This document shows positions 33,805-43,113 of a DNA stretch of 64,000 nt, piece after piece; position 1 is the stretch's first letter, and each line of letters opens with the position of its first letter. The notes beneath the pieces are model-generated. The model was not told the DNA's origin. It saw nothing but the letters and a program-made list of their open reading frames with translations, and did not search any database. The position numbers and the translations under genes were made by a program. Origin of the DNA: a virus (Duplodnaviria > Caudoviricetes); IMG/VR virus record IMGVR_UViG_2873737359_000001, positions 64,001 through 128,000 of that record. One strand, written 5' to 3'.

Positions 33805-34167
33805 TTTATGAAACCAATGTTATTTTTTGAATATGAAACTCTAGTAAACTCACCAGGAAAGCTTCTTATTAAAAAAGAAGTCTTGCAGAAACTTATCGAC
33901 GATGCTTATGCCGCAGGTATTGAGGATGGTAAGAAGGATGCTTTGATTGAAAAACTAAAAGAAGATTCAAAGTCTGGCTCCGGATCCCCATTATGGAACT
34001 ATCGAGATATTGGATCGAATCCATGGTGGAAAGGTGGTCCGACAGTAATTAACGAGTATCTTAATAAAGATGCAGAACGCCAGGTACAGAAAGAGCTTCA
34101 TCCGTCTGTTCGCACACCAGATATAAAGAAATCTGTAATAACTACATGTTAAAGGAGAATCGCTGTA

Positions 34168-34281
34168 ATGATAGCAGGAATAATAATATTTATTGCAGGA
34201 GTTGCGCTTGGTATAGCAAGTGTATGTATCTGGGCGTTATGTGCTGCAGGTGATGACGAAGATAAAGATTTAGAACGATAA
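34168..34281 (+). CDS. 37-aa membrane peptide (DUF3789-like; not in ORF track)
   Basis: AAGGAG RBS; MIAGIIIFIAGVALGIASVCIWALCAAGDDED. Confidence 0.55.
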   Translation: MIAGIIIFIAGVALGIASVCIWALCAAGDDEDKDLER

Positions 34282-34350
34282 TTTTTTTATATTTGATACT
34301 GTAAATTATAAACTTAATGCAAACATTTTAAATTAAAGGAGAATAAAATA

Positions 34351-35313
34351 ATGAAAAACATGAACGAGAACACAAACGTAACAACAAAAGGAACACCGTC
34401 ACTTAATATGATCACACCAATTACTCCTTCTTCTTCCATCTCCCAGTGTGAGACCTTCAATCATCCAGAATTTGGAAATCTGCGCTGCATTGAGATTGAT
34501 GGAGAGCCATGGTTTGTGGGAAAAGATGTAGCAGACGCACTTGGATACAGTAACGCTAGTAAAGCAATTATTGCCCATGTTGATTCAGAAGATAAAGTTA
34601 TTAAAATGCTACCGAATTCCCAAAATGGGAAGACGATCGGAAAGGCATACATCATTAACGAATCCGGTCTCTACTCTCTCATCCTCAGCAGCAAACTTGA
34701 ATCTGCGAAACGCTTCAAACGCTGGGTAACATCTGAAGTACTGCCGTGCATCAGAAAAACTGGGGGATATATTGTAGGACAGGAGAATATGCCGAAAGAG
34801 GTATTGCTTGCTCATGCAGTACTGGAGTCTCAGAAGATCATTGAAGAGAATACCAGGGAAATCGCAAAACTCCATAATGAATGCACGCTTCTGAATGATC
34901 AGGTAGAACACAGCCAGGAAATTATTGATGCCTTCTCAAAGAACATTACTCCTTCAGAGAAACGAGCGATTCTGAACCGACTCATGACATGGCATCACGG
35001 AGCTGTGGCTGGATCACGCTGGACTGTTCTTTATAGAGAATTCGAGGCAAAATATCACTTCAATCTTGATGTGAGGATCAATAATTATAATAAGAATCCA
35101 GATAATAAAAGAATTAAATCAAAGCTTGAATATGTAGATCGTGTTCTCGGAATGCTTGATCAGCTCTATGAACTTGCGGTAAAACTCTTCCATTCTGATG
35201 CAGAGGCTTTGATTGAGGAAATGTATTATGTAAGAAAAACTGATGAAGAAATTCTTCAGGACTCTATGCTTGATACTATTCCGGATGAAGTATTTGAAAG
35301 GAGCAATAATTAA
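34351..35313 (+). CDS. BRO-N domain antirepressor-like protein
   Basis: FNHPEFGNLR..DGEPWFVGKDVADALGY..INESGLYSLILSSKL..AKRFKRWVTSEVLP. Confidence 0.9.
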   Translation: MKNMNENTNVTTKGTPSLNMITPITPSSSISQCETFNHPEFGNLRCIEIDGEPWFVGKDVADALGYSNASKAIIAHVDSEDKVIKMLPNSQNGKTIGKAYIINESGLYSLILSSKLESAKRFKRWVTSEVLPCIRKTGGYIVGQENMPKEVLLAHAVLESQKIIEENTREIAKLHNECTLLNDQVEHSQEIIDAFSKNITPSEKRAILNRLMTWHHGAVAGSRWTVLYREFEAKYHFNLDVRINNYNKNPDNKRIKSKLEYVDRVLGMLDQLYELAVKLFHSDAEALIEEMYYVRKTDEEILQDSMLDTIPDEVFERSNN

Positions 35314-37166
35314 TGAGACTGTTACCAAGTTTTCAATATGATGGACATATTATTAGTCTCCAGGATCCCGTCGTAATGGACGGGGAACTGGTGATACGCT
35401 GTACATGCTTGAATGCTGAATTTGATGGTCAATCAAGTATTATGAACTTTACGCTTTATACTGATACAACAAGTGTGATGATTAGAGCTGATATATTTGA
35501 TCGACAGTGTCAAGAATTATTAGGAGATTGGACATTTTTTGAAGATGATCGCGGACAGCATTTTTTTTCTAGTCCTTTTCAATCCGGAAATACAAATTAT
35601 TCTGAATGGTTTATTGATAGGATAAATGATCCGCGATGTATTACGGATGGGCGTCTTGATAGAGATAAATGTGTAAGAAGATTATTTTGTCAAGGCAGAG
35701 CTAGCTATGATTGTCAAAGAAACAGTTACGTTATGTATCCTACGCAACGTTTTGAGGTAATAAATACAACTGAAGGAGACTTTGCACCTGGAAGAATTGC
35801 CGCTTACAATGGTCAAAGTGTTCAAATGCATGGATTTTCTGACAGCACAGATAGATATGTAACTGATAGAAACGGTAGGCGATTATTTAATTATTCTGGA
35901 TTTCAATCAGTAACTAGATTCGAATCCAGTAGTTTTTCTATGGAATTTAATGAAATATCACAACCAGAGAAAAAGTATATCCATTCTTATAATTATAAGC
36001 CAGATTATATTCCTCATTATATAGAAAATGAAAATCCAGATACTACTCTTCTACTCGGCGCAGAAATTGAAGTGGCCGGAAATCATCCGGAAACAGATAG
36101 AAGAATCAAAGAAGATGTCGTAAAAAAATGTATTCAGATTATGAACGGATCTGATTCAGATGAGGAGAATTTAATTTATTCCACACATGATGGCACTGTA
36201 CAGATTGAATTTGATACTATGCCATGTAGCCTGGAGTTTCATAAGAACAAAATGAATTATAGAAAAATGTTTAAATATCTGGACTCCGTTGGATATAAGG
36301 GACATGATTGTGATTGTGCTGGATTACATATCCATGCTGACAGGAAATATTTAGGCAGGACAAAATTCCAACAAGATTTAGTAATTGCAAAGATTCTATA
36401 TATTATTGAAAAATTCAATGATGATCTGTGTATAATTGCGCGTCGTAATAATGATTATAGCGTTTTTTGCGGAGATAAATGTACATCAGATACTGCAGTT
36501 ACACTTTATGGGAAATATAGAAATATTGGCAAAAGGGCTGCATTAAATCTGCAGCATTCTAATACCATAGAGTTTCGTATGTTCAGAAGTACTCTTAAAT
36601 ACGAAACATTGCTGCTCACATTAGAATTAGTACAGGATATTATTAACTTTTCTAAGAACATTTCGTTCGAAGAATTAGAAGATATGTCCTGGAACGATTT
36701 AATGGATACATTTTCTGACGCTTTAAAAAGATATTATATTTCTCGAAGGAATAAAGAATTTGAGAAGAAAATAAACAAGTCAGATGTTATAAAAAAGGAA
36801 AAGAAGAAACTTCGTAAGAAAATTAGTGATCTTAGGAAACGTATTCAAAGATGTATTATTCCCATGGAAAAGAAAAAATTAAATAAAGAGATGGATGAAT
36901 TGCAAAAGTATCTTAATAAATTGAGTAAAACGCCCGAACATACCGAACGTATATGGGGAGATCCTTCAACAGGACATGTAGAAAATATACATGATGCAAT
37001 ATTTAATGTTGCTAGTACATCAAATTCTATATGTACTATATCATCTCATGAAAGTGTACGCGGACGTAGGGTAGAGTCATTACCTTTAGATGACAGAGAT
37101 ATTAGAAGAATCAACGAAATTTGGGATGGATATGGAAATATAAATACGGCGTTGGTAACTGATTAA
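35313..37166 (+). CDS. Putative amidoligase (COOH-NH2 ligase type 2) with N-terminal extension
   Basis: GAEIEV, HDGT..EF..P, CAGLHIH, TIEFRMF. Confidence 0.75.
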   Translation: MRLLPSFQYDGHIISLQDPVVMDGELVIRCTCLNAEFDGQSSIMNFTLYTDTTSVMIRADIFDRQCQELLGDWTFFEDDRGQHFFSSPFQSGNTNYSEWFIDRINDPRCITDGRLDRDKCVRRLFCQGRASYDCQRNSYVMYPTQRFEVINTTEGDFAPGRIAAYNGQSVQMHGFSDSTDRYVTDRNGRRLFNYSGFQSVTRFESSSFSMEFNEISQPEKKYIHSYNYKPDYIPHYIENENPDTTLLLGAEIEVAGNHPETDRRIKEDVVKKCIQIMNGSDSDEENLIYSTHDGTVQIEFDTMPCSLEFHKNKMNYRKMFKYLDSVGYKGHDCDCAGLHIHADRKYLGRTKFQQDLVIAKILYIIEKFNDDLCIIARRNNDYSVFCGDKCTSDTAVTLYGKYRNIGKRAALNLQHSNTIEFRMFRSTLKYETLLLTLELVQDIINFSKNISFEELEDMSWNDLMDTFSDALKRYYISRRNKEFEKKINKSDVIKKEKKKLRKKISDLRKRIQRCIIPMEKKKLNKEMDELQKYLNKLSKTPEHTERIWGDPSTGHVENIHDAIFNVASTSNSICTISSHESVRGRRVESLPLDDRDIRRINEIWDGYGNINTALVTD

Positions 37167-37189
37167 TATAGGAAGGAGATTTTTATTGA

Positions 37190-40051
37190 TTGTCTGAATT
37201 TGGTCTAAAAATAAAAAATATTAAAGCTGGCACTCTCTTTGGATATAATCAGGGTGTCAGAGATAGATACGATTACACTGATGCTATGTTTAGTAATAGC
37301 TTGTTCAGTGATTATATAAGAGCAAATGGATTAAATGTATGGAAGGATACAAGTACTAGAGATATTATTTGTTTGGATTTTGATTTTGGTAGCCGCAGCT
37401 ATGAGGAAGAATTAATCCATTTAAAAAAACAATTTGCAGGATTCGAAGAAGACAAGAAAATGTCTGAGGAATCTAAACAACGTATACGAGATATATTCAA
37501 GAAAATCGAAGAAAACAAAGATAATTATGCTAAATATTCAAAAGATGAAATCAGAGAACTGTTCTATGAGAATGGTGTCGATGTTGAATACATAAACAAG
37601 TCTGGAGACAAAAAAGAAACACAAATTATCAACTATAAAATGCTCTATCGAAACTCTTCTAAAGCGAAAATTGGACAGGTTATGTTTATTAATAGCCGTT
37701 TATATAAAAAAGCTTACGATTGGCTAACTATGGGATTAGGTGAAAAGATGCCTATAGATGATGCTAAAATCGTAGAAATGTCTGCTTATGCTCCCCTTAC
37801 TACTTCTACTATTGTAGGAAAATTCTTTTGCCCGGTAAAAGATATTCTTATATTAAAGGATCATGATAGTTTCTTTAAAACTATGGCCAAGATCGTAAAG
37901 GCTAAGGAATACACAGATTACGAAAAGGTTGTTGATGAAGAAGCTACTGAGGCCGCAAGACAAAAGGCGATCCGGGAAAAGAAATTTTTAAAGGATGGTG
38001 TTACTCCTAAATATACCAAAAGATATAAACTCATTGAGGTTAAAAAGAAAAAATGTGTGGTTACAGATGAAGAAACTGAGGTAAAGAATACTTTATGGGA
38101 TGGTGAAGCCCTGGCGGAATCTTCTATCCTGCCGGATTGGGTAAACGGGATGGCACTGTTGCGTAATCATTTTTTCAAAGCTTGTGCGATCCGGACCAAT
38201 ATACAACTCTTCTTTAAGGACTGGTGTGAAAAAAATAATGTTGATTATGAGACATACGAAGTTAAGGATATGTTCGGTATATCTCATAGATTGAAAGATA
38301 TTAAGATGATCACTACCGATAATGCTATCAAATGGAAGAAATTCATGAATTTAATGGGTGATACACCTGTAGAAGCTTATCAGTATTGGTGTGATCGTGT
38401 TGAGGCAGACGGCTGCTACTGGGGCATAGTTAAAACTGATCACCCTAGTAAGCTTGGATCTGGACAACAGATGAGCTACCAGATGATCAATACTCTCCCA
38501 TCCTATAACCCGGATAGTGCTTATCCATGTTGTTATGTAGATGAGATCCGTGAATTAGCTAAGGAAAGTGTTGGCTATGTTGAGTCTATGAAGAAAGATA
38601 ATGCATTATATGCTAAATTCCTTAAGAAGAATGCTACGTCAGTAAATCACTATGAAATGCTATACGATTTGTATAACTGGGAAGAAACTATTGGCAATAG
38701 TGACTGGTTTAGACTTGAAAAGAGGAAAATAATAAATACTTATGTAAACAGACTTAATAATGGAAAAATTGTTATAATTGGCGACAATCTTACTATATTT
38801 GGAAATCCATATGCATTATTAATGGCTGCAGTTGGAGAAAATCCAGAAACAGATCCGACGCTAAAACCAGAGCCAGGAACGATTCAATGCTATACTACAA
38901 GTTTTGATGATAACGAATATTTATGTGGCATTAGAAACCCTCATAATAGTCCGAATAATATTTGTTATTTACACAATCATTATAGTCCTGAATTAGAAAA
39001 ATATTTTAAGTTAAGTAAAAATATTATGTTTGTAAATTGTGTTCACACAGACATACAAGATCGTGCAAATGGATGCGATTTTGATTCAGATTTCTTTTTT
39101 GTTACAAATAATAGCGTTATGGTACGAAGTGCAAAAGTTGCTTATGAGAAATATCCTACTATCGTAAATAAGCTTAAAGAAAGTGGCATTACATATAAAA
39201 ATACAATGAAAGAATACGCAAGAATGGATAACAAATTTGCCAAATCTAGGATCGGAATTGGAGAATCTAGCAACCTCGCTCAATCAGCAATGACATATTA
39301 TTGGACTAATCCAACTAAAGAATTATATGATAATTTTGTTATTCTTTCTGTGCTTGCTCAGGTAATCATTGATGGGTGTAAAAGAGAATATGAAGTTGAT
39401 GCTTTGGAAGAGATAAAACGAATTAAAAAGCTTAAATGTATGGATAAGTATATTGAAATTATAGATGAAGATGGAAAAGTAAAAAAGCAAAAAAAAGATT
39501 TTCCTGAATTTATGCGATATACAAGAAAAATTTCTTATACTAAGAATGGTAAGGAAATTGAGCGTGATATTATTAATGAGCAAAAAGCTAAATTAAACAA
39601 CAGAATTGATTCAAATTTAATATGTCCTATGAATGCATTAATAATTGTTTTGAAGGAAATAAAGCCGGCATCTCAGACAAATGCTATTCCTATTAAAGAG
39701 TTTATCGTGCATATTACAGGAGATGCAAACAGAAGGCAAATGGCAAAAATAACAGCTTATGCGAAGGAACTGGAATTATTAAGTAAAGACAATATGTCTG
39801 AAGATGAAGTATCCTTATATATAACAAGATACGATGAAATACTTGTAGATTTAAAGAAAATGAAAATTAATAATCCTAAAACAATGAATAGATTGATTAT
39901 TTCTGGATTGAATATAAATACAAGAGGAAGAAAAAACGATTGTCAAAAGTACACTCGTAATTTATTAAATTTATTATATAGAATGAATAAAGATGTGTTC
40001 TTATCGAACTTCAAAAGAAATTTACACGAATTCGAAAAAAAAATCGCTTAA
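37190..40051 (+). CDS. YonO-like single-subunit DNA-dependent RNA polymerase
   Basis: 953 aa; WDG, LRNHFFK, RNPH and catalytic NGCDFDSD motifs; located upstream of the late genes as in SPbeta. Confidence 0.8.
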   Translation: MSEFGLKIKNIKAGTLFGYNQGVRDRYDYTDAMFSNSLFSDYIRANGLNVWKDTSTRDIICLDFDFGSRSYEEELIHLKKQFAGFEEDKKMSEESKQRIRDIFKKIEENKDNYAKYSKDEIRELFYENGVDVEYINKSGDKKETQIINYKMLYRNSSKAKIGQVMFINSRLYKKAYDWLTMGLGEKMPIDDAKIVEMSAYAPLTTSTIVGKFFCPVKDILILKDHDSFFKTMAKIVKAKEYTDYEKVVDEEATEAARQKAIREKKFLKDGVTPKYTKRYKLIEVKKKKCVVTDEETEVKNTLWDGEALAESSILPDWVNGMALLRNHFFKACAIRTNIQLFFKDWCEKNNVDYETYEVKDMFGISHRLKDIKMITTDNAIKWKKFMNLMGDTPVEAYQYWCDRVEADGCYWGIVKTDHPSKLGSGQQMSYQMINTLPSYNPDSAYPCCYVDEIRELAKESVGYVESMKKDNALYAKFLKKNATSVNHYEMLYDLYNWEETIGNSDWFRLEKRKIINTYVNRLNNGKIVIIGDNLTIFGNPYALLMAAVGENPETDPTLKPEPGTIQCYTTSFDDNEYLCGIRNPHNSPNNICYLHNHYSPELEKYFKLSKNIMFVNCVHTDIQDRANGCDFDSDFFFVTNNSVMVRSAKVAYEKYPTIVNKLKESGITYKNTMKEYARMDNKFAKSRIGIGESSNLAQSAMTYYWTNPTKELYDNFVILSVLAQVIIDGCKREYEVDALEEIKRIKKLKCMDKYIEIIDEDGKVKKQKKDFPEFMRYTRKISYTKNGKEIERDIINEQKAKLNNRIDSNLICPMNALIIVLKEIKPASQTNAIPIKEFIVHITGDANRRQMAKITAYAKELELLSKDNMSEDEVSLYITRYDEILVDLKKMKINNPKTMNRLIISGLNINTRGRKNDCQKYTRNLLNLLYRMNKDVFLSNFKRNLHEFEKKIA

Positions 40052-40394
40052 AATCCCATATAAAATAACAAAAATTAAGGATCGTTTAGCGTCCGGTATA
40101 TGAGGGAAATAACTTTTTGCTTCGTTACGTCTTCAGGTCAATATTATACGTAGGATATTGATACATGTGCGTAGACAGCTCCTTGAAAAAGAGTGAAACC
40201 TTCCGCGCTATTGCCGATTGCGTGTTTAAATATGGAATTCGAATTTAAATAAGTTGATGCTTCCCGGATGGGCGAAAACATCCGGTATAAAAAAAGTGTT
40301 AATCAGGAACATTATACGTCTCCCCCGGACCTCAATCGCCGCCTGGTGCAACGCTTTTTTTACCAAATATATATTTGAAAACAAGGAGAACAAA

Positions 40395-40736
40395 ATGAAA
40401 AATTATAGAATGTCCAAAGGGACCACAGAACACTACACTTCTTTTAAAGATCTTAGAGAAGCCTGGGGATTACCCAAAGTTACTAATAAAACTCGTGATG
40501 CTAAAAAACTTAAAAAGCAGCAGGAATCATTTCTTAGTAAACATATTTGTAGAGCTTGTGGCAACCCATTGACATATACTGGCGGAAATATTATGACTTG
40601 CACAAATCCTGATTGCAAAGGAATTAAAATCGAACGCGAAGATAAAGAAGGAAATATAATCACTTCTTATATCAGATCAGTTCATTTACTTGATTCGGTC
40701 GGAGAAAGAATTGCACATAATATTTTTAGCAAATAA
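40395..40736 (+). CDS. Zinc-ribbon protein
   Basis: AAGGAG RBS before ATG 40395; CRAC..CTNPDC. Confidence 0.65.
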   Translation: MKNYRMSKGTTEHYTSFKDLREAWGLPKVTNKTRDAKKLKKQQESFLSKHICRACGNPLTYTGGNIMTCTNPDCKGIKIEREDKEGNIITSYIRSVHLLDSVGERIAHNIFSK

Positions 40737-40837
40737 GTAAATAAACAATATTAAATAGTACATAAAGCAGCGCATTCTGGTGTGCTGCTTTTATTATATC
40801 AAAAAAAATAAATTATAAGAAAAAAAGGAGTAACAAG

Positions 40838-41113
40838 ATGAATAAAGTTGGATTTATTAAGGAAGTAGCAACACGTACAAAGATGACTCAGAAGGATATC
40901 AAGGCCATTCTTGATGCCATGCAGGATGTAACATTTGATACTCTCGCAAGTGGCGAGGAAGTAAAACTTATGGATGGTGTCACTCTCGCAGTAGTACATA
41001 AAGAGGCACGTACAGCTCGTAATCCGCAGACAGGTGAGTCTGTTGAGGTAGCAGCTAAGAATGCTGTAAGATGTAAATTCGGTAAGGCAATTAAAGAGGC
41101 TGTAAATTCCTAA
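40838..41113 (+). CDS. HU-family DNA-binding protein
   Basis: MNK..ARTARNPQTGE..KFGKAIKEAVN. Confidence 0.92.
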   Translation: MNKVGFIKEVATRTKMTQKDIKAILDAMQDVTFDTLASGEEVKLMDGVTLAVVHKEARTARNPQTGESVEVAAKNAVRCKFGKAIKEAVNS

Positions 41114-41213
41114 GAGAAAATTACAACAGATCCAAAGTATAATTTTGCTTATATTGCACCTCCTCTCTGCAATTAATATATTGGCCTAGGATCTTTTGGT
41201 CCTAGGCTACTCT

Positions 41214-41286
41214 TGGTCCATAGCTCAGTTGGTAGAGCGGCTGGCTGTTAACCAGCGTGTCGTAGGTTCAAGTCCTACTGGATCAG
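41214..41286 (+). tRNA. tRNA-Asn(GTT)
   Basis: Cloverleaf; GCTGG-CT-GTT-AA-CCAGC; GGTTCAAGTCC. Confidence 0.9.
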
Positions 41287-41473
41287 TTTATGGCATCTGA
41301 AAGTTTGGAGCGAATGGATTGCACAGGATATATATATAGTATATGTGAAATTAACCGAGTTACTAATATATTCTGATCGGGATTAAGCAATCATTCTTAG
41401 TAGGTAATAAGTGAACATGCTGAAGCATCTTGAAACGATGTTTGATATAGTTCTGCCATATAAATACGAATAA

Positions 41474-41544
41474 TGCGGGATAGAGGAGCGGATCCTTGCT
41501 AGGCTCATGCCCTAGAGACGATTGTTCGAATCAATCTCCCGCTA
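41474..41544 (+). tRNA. tRNA-Met(CAT), initiator-like and divergent
   Basis: CTAGG-CT-CAT-GC-CCTAG; GTTCGAATC; 1:72 mismatch. Confidence 0.7.
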
Positions 41545-41548
41545 TTTT

Positions 41549-41619
41549 TAGGAAATAGTTTAATAGGTAAAGCTGGTGTTCACGTGGCACTAATACTGGT
41601 TCAAGTCCAGTTTTCCTAG
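41549..41619 (+). tRNA. tRNA-like gene with atypical enlarged anticodon loop (identity undetermined)
   Basis: TAGGAAA/TTTCCTA acceptor; ACTGG-TTCAAGT-CCAGT T arm; loop TTCACGTGG. Confidence 0.55.
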
Positions 41620-41781
41620 TTTTATGGGATGCAAAAGTAGAAGCAGATCACTTCTAAAGATTTATAATTAGCTCCCCCATTTGTGGAGTTAATTGTCTGA
41701 AAAGGATATAAAACTATAGCTCTGTATATCTGAAGTAGGTAATAAGACAGACAAAGAGGCAGAATCTTCGCATCCCGCCGA

Positions 41782-41855
41782 GTCCGGTTGGTCTAATAGG
41801 TCTATGACACAGCCCTTTCAAGGCTGTAATATGGGTTCGATTCCCGTACCGGACA
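41782..41855 (+). tRNA. tRNA-Glu(TTC)
   Basis: CAGCC-CT-TTC-AA-GGCTG; GGTTCGATTCC. Confidence 0.9.
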
Positions 41856-41859
41856 TTAT

Positions 41860-41931
41860 GTACCATTGGTCTAATGGCTATGATATTTGACTTCCAATCA
41901 AATGATATGGGTTCAATTCCCATATGGTACT
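41860..41931 (+). tRNA. tRNA-Gly(TCC)
   Basis: TTTGA-CT-TCC-AA-TCAAA; U73 discriminator. Confidence 0.8.
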
Positions 41932-42032
41932 TAAAGGTATTAGGTTTGGAATCCTTAAGGATTATTTTGGATGGTGGCATTCATAACTGTAAAACCATTT
42001 GTAGCTAGTTACAATAAATTTCCTATAAAAAT

Positions 42033-42116
42033 GCTGCTTTGGCGTAATTGGCAGGCGCACAAGATTTAAGCTCTTGTGGTTTTAAAACCGTGTGGGTTCA
42101 AGTCCCACAAGCAGTA
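42033..42116 (+). tRNA. tRNA-Leu(TAA)
   Basis: CAAGA-TT-TAA-GC-TCTTG; long variable arm; A73. Confidence 0.88.
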
Positions 42117-42214
42117 TCGAGAATGGACGAATAGAACCATTCTCGTCTTTCATTGTGTTTTTTATAGTTTTCTTCATGTTTTTCGCAGGAGGCTTTTGTC
42201 TCCTGCTCTCCTCT

Positions 42215-42300
42215 GCAAAGTGAATCCGTAAGGCACGGAACTGACCTGCTAAGTCATGTGATCCTATTATAGGATTGAATTTCGAATATTCCGCTTTGCG
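42215..42300 (+). tRNA. tRNA-Ser(GCT) with non-canonical 8/4 fold
   Basis: Acceptor GCAAAGTG/CGCTTTGC (8 bp); T stem GAAT/ATTC (4 bp); TGAC-CT-GCT-AA-GTCA; long V arm; G73. Confidence 0.7.
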
Positions 42301-42488
42301 TTTAAAGATATGTAAATTACAGCCCACTTCCTGTGGGAATTCGTAGGTGAAAATCCTGCCATGTGACTCCAGGTTATGTGATTGCAGCATATCATAAAAA
42401 AAGACAAAGAAAGAAGCTGCAGGACGCAGCTTCTACTATTATTAATCCAATATGGAATTATATACCCGCCAAGCTCAACAACAAGAAA

Positions 42489-42569
42489 TTAACAGAATGT
42501 TTTAATAACTCTTAGCACCCAACTGAGTGCATCAAGTCCTAGAATAATATATGTAATATACTTATCCAT
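42489..42569 (-). CDS. 26-aa hydrophobic peptide, antisense to the tRNA cluster
   Basis: GGAGG RBS; MDKYITYIILGLDALSWVLRVIKTFC*; own promoter (42730-42758) and terminator hairpin (~42412-42434). Confidence 0.55.
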   Translation of the reverse strand: MDKYITYIILGLDALSWVLRVIKTFC

Positions 42570-42818
42570 AGTTTATAAACCTCCTCTCATATCCGATTGG
42601 AGGCACATGAGCTAAAATCTGCCCTAAAAGGCGGCCGTTTGAAAATAACCGTTGTATATTGCTTGGTTTACCACGAGAGAAAATCTCCCTATGAACTCTT
42701 TTGGAGTCCTCGACCTCTAGCAGGATGGTATCGTATCATAATTGGATAATCTTGTCAAGTATTAATTGGTGAATGACTACTGGGTGGTCTGGCGATCCGG
42801 AAAGACGGATGAAATGTT

Positions 42819-42891
42819 GCTAGAATAGCTCAATTGGTGGAGCAGCTGATTTGTAACCAGCAGGTTTAGGGTTCGAGTCCCTATTTTAGCT
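42819..42891 (+). tRNA. tRNA-Thr(TGT)
   Basis: GCTGA-TT-TGT-AA-CCAGC; GGTTCGAGTCC. Confidence 0.85.
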
Positions 42892-42894
42892 TAT

Positions 42895-42977
42895 GCCGTG
42901 TGTCCGGGTTGGTGAGGAAGCAGTCCTGAAAACTGTTGGTCCGAAAGGACTTGCACGTTCGAATCGTGTGCACGGCG
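42895..42977 (+). tRNA. tRNA-Ser(TGA)
   Basis: GCAGT-CC-TGA-AA-ACTGT (C33 variant); V arm GGTCC-GAAA-GGACT; G73. Confidence 0.75.
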
Positions 42978-43033
42978 TTTATCAGAGAGTTTGATCCTGG
43001 CTTGATATTTTCATTTTTAGAAAGGCTTGGTGT

Positions 43034-43105
43034 GCATCTTTAGTATATGTGGTAATACAATGGTCTCCAAAACCATAGAACAGGGTTCAAGTCCTTGAGG
43101 ATGTG
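43034..43105 (+). tRNA. tRNA-Trp(CCA)
   Basis: ATGGT-CT-CCA-AA-ACCAT; GGTTCAAGTCC. Confidence 0.85.
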
Positions 43106-43113
43106 TTTATTAT

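Noticed and set aside
41714-42390. Minus-strand ORFs 41714-41980 and 42082-42390
   Set aside because: They are antisense shadows of tRNA genes.
42981-43002. A real 16S rRNA gene
   Set aside because: The match ends after about 22 nt and is followed by tRNA-Trp.
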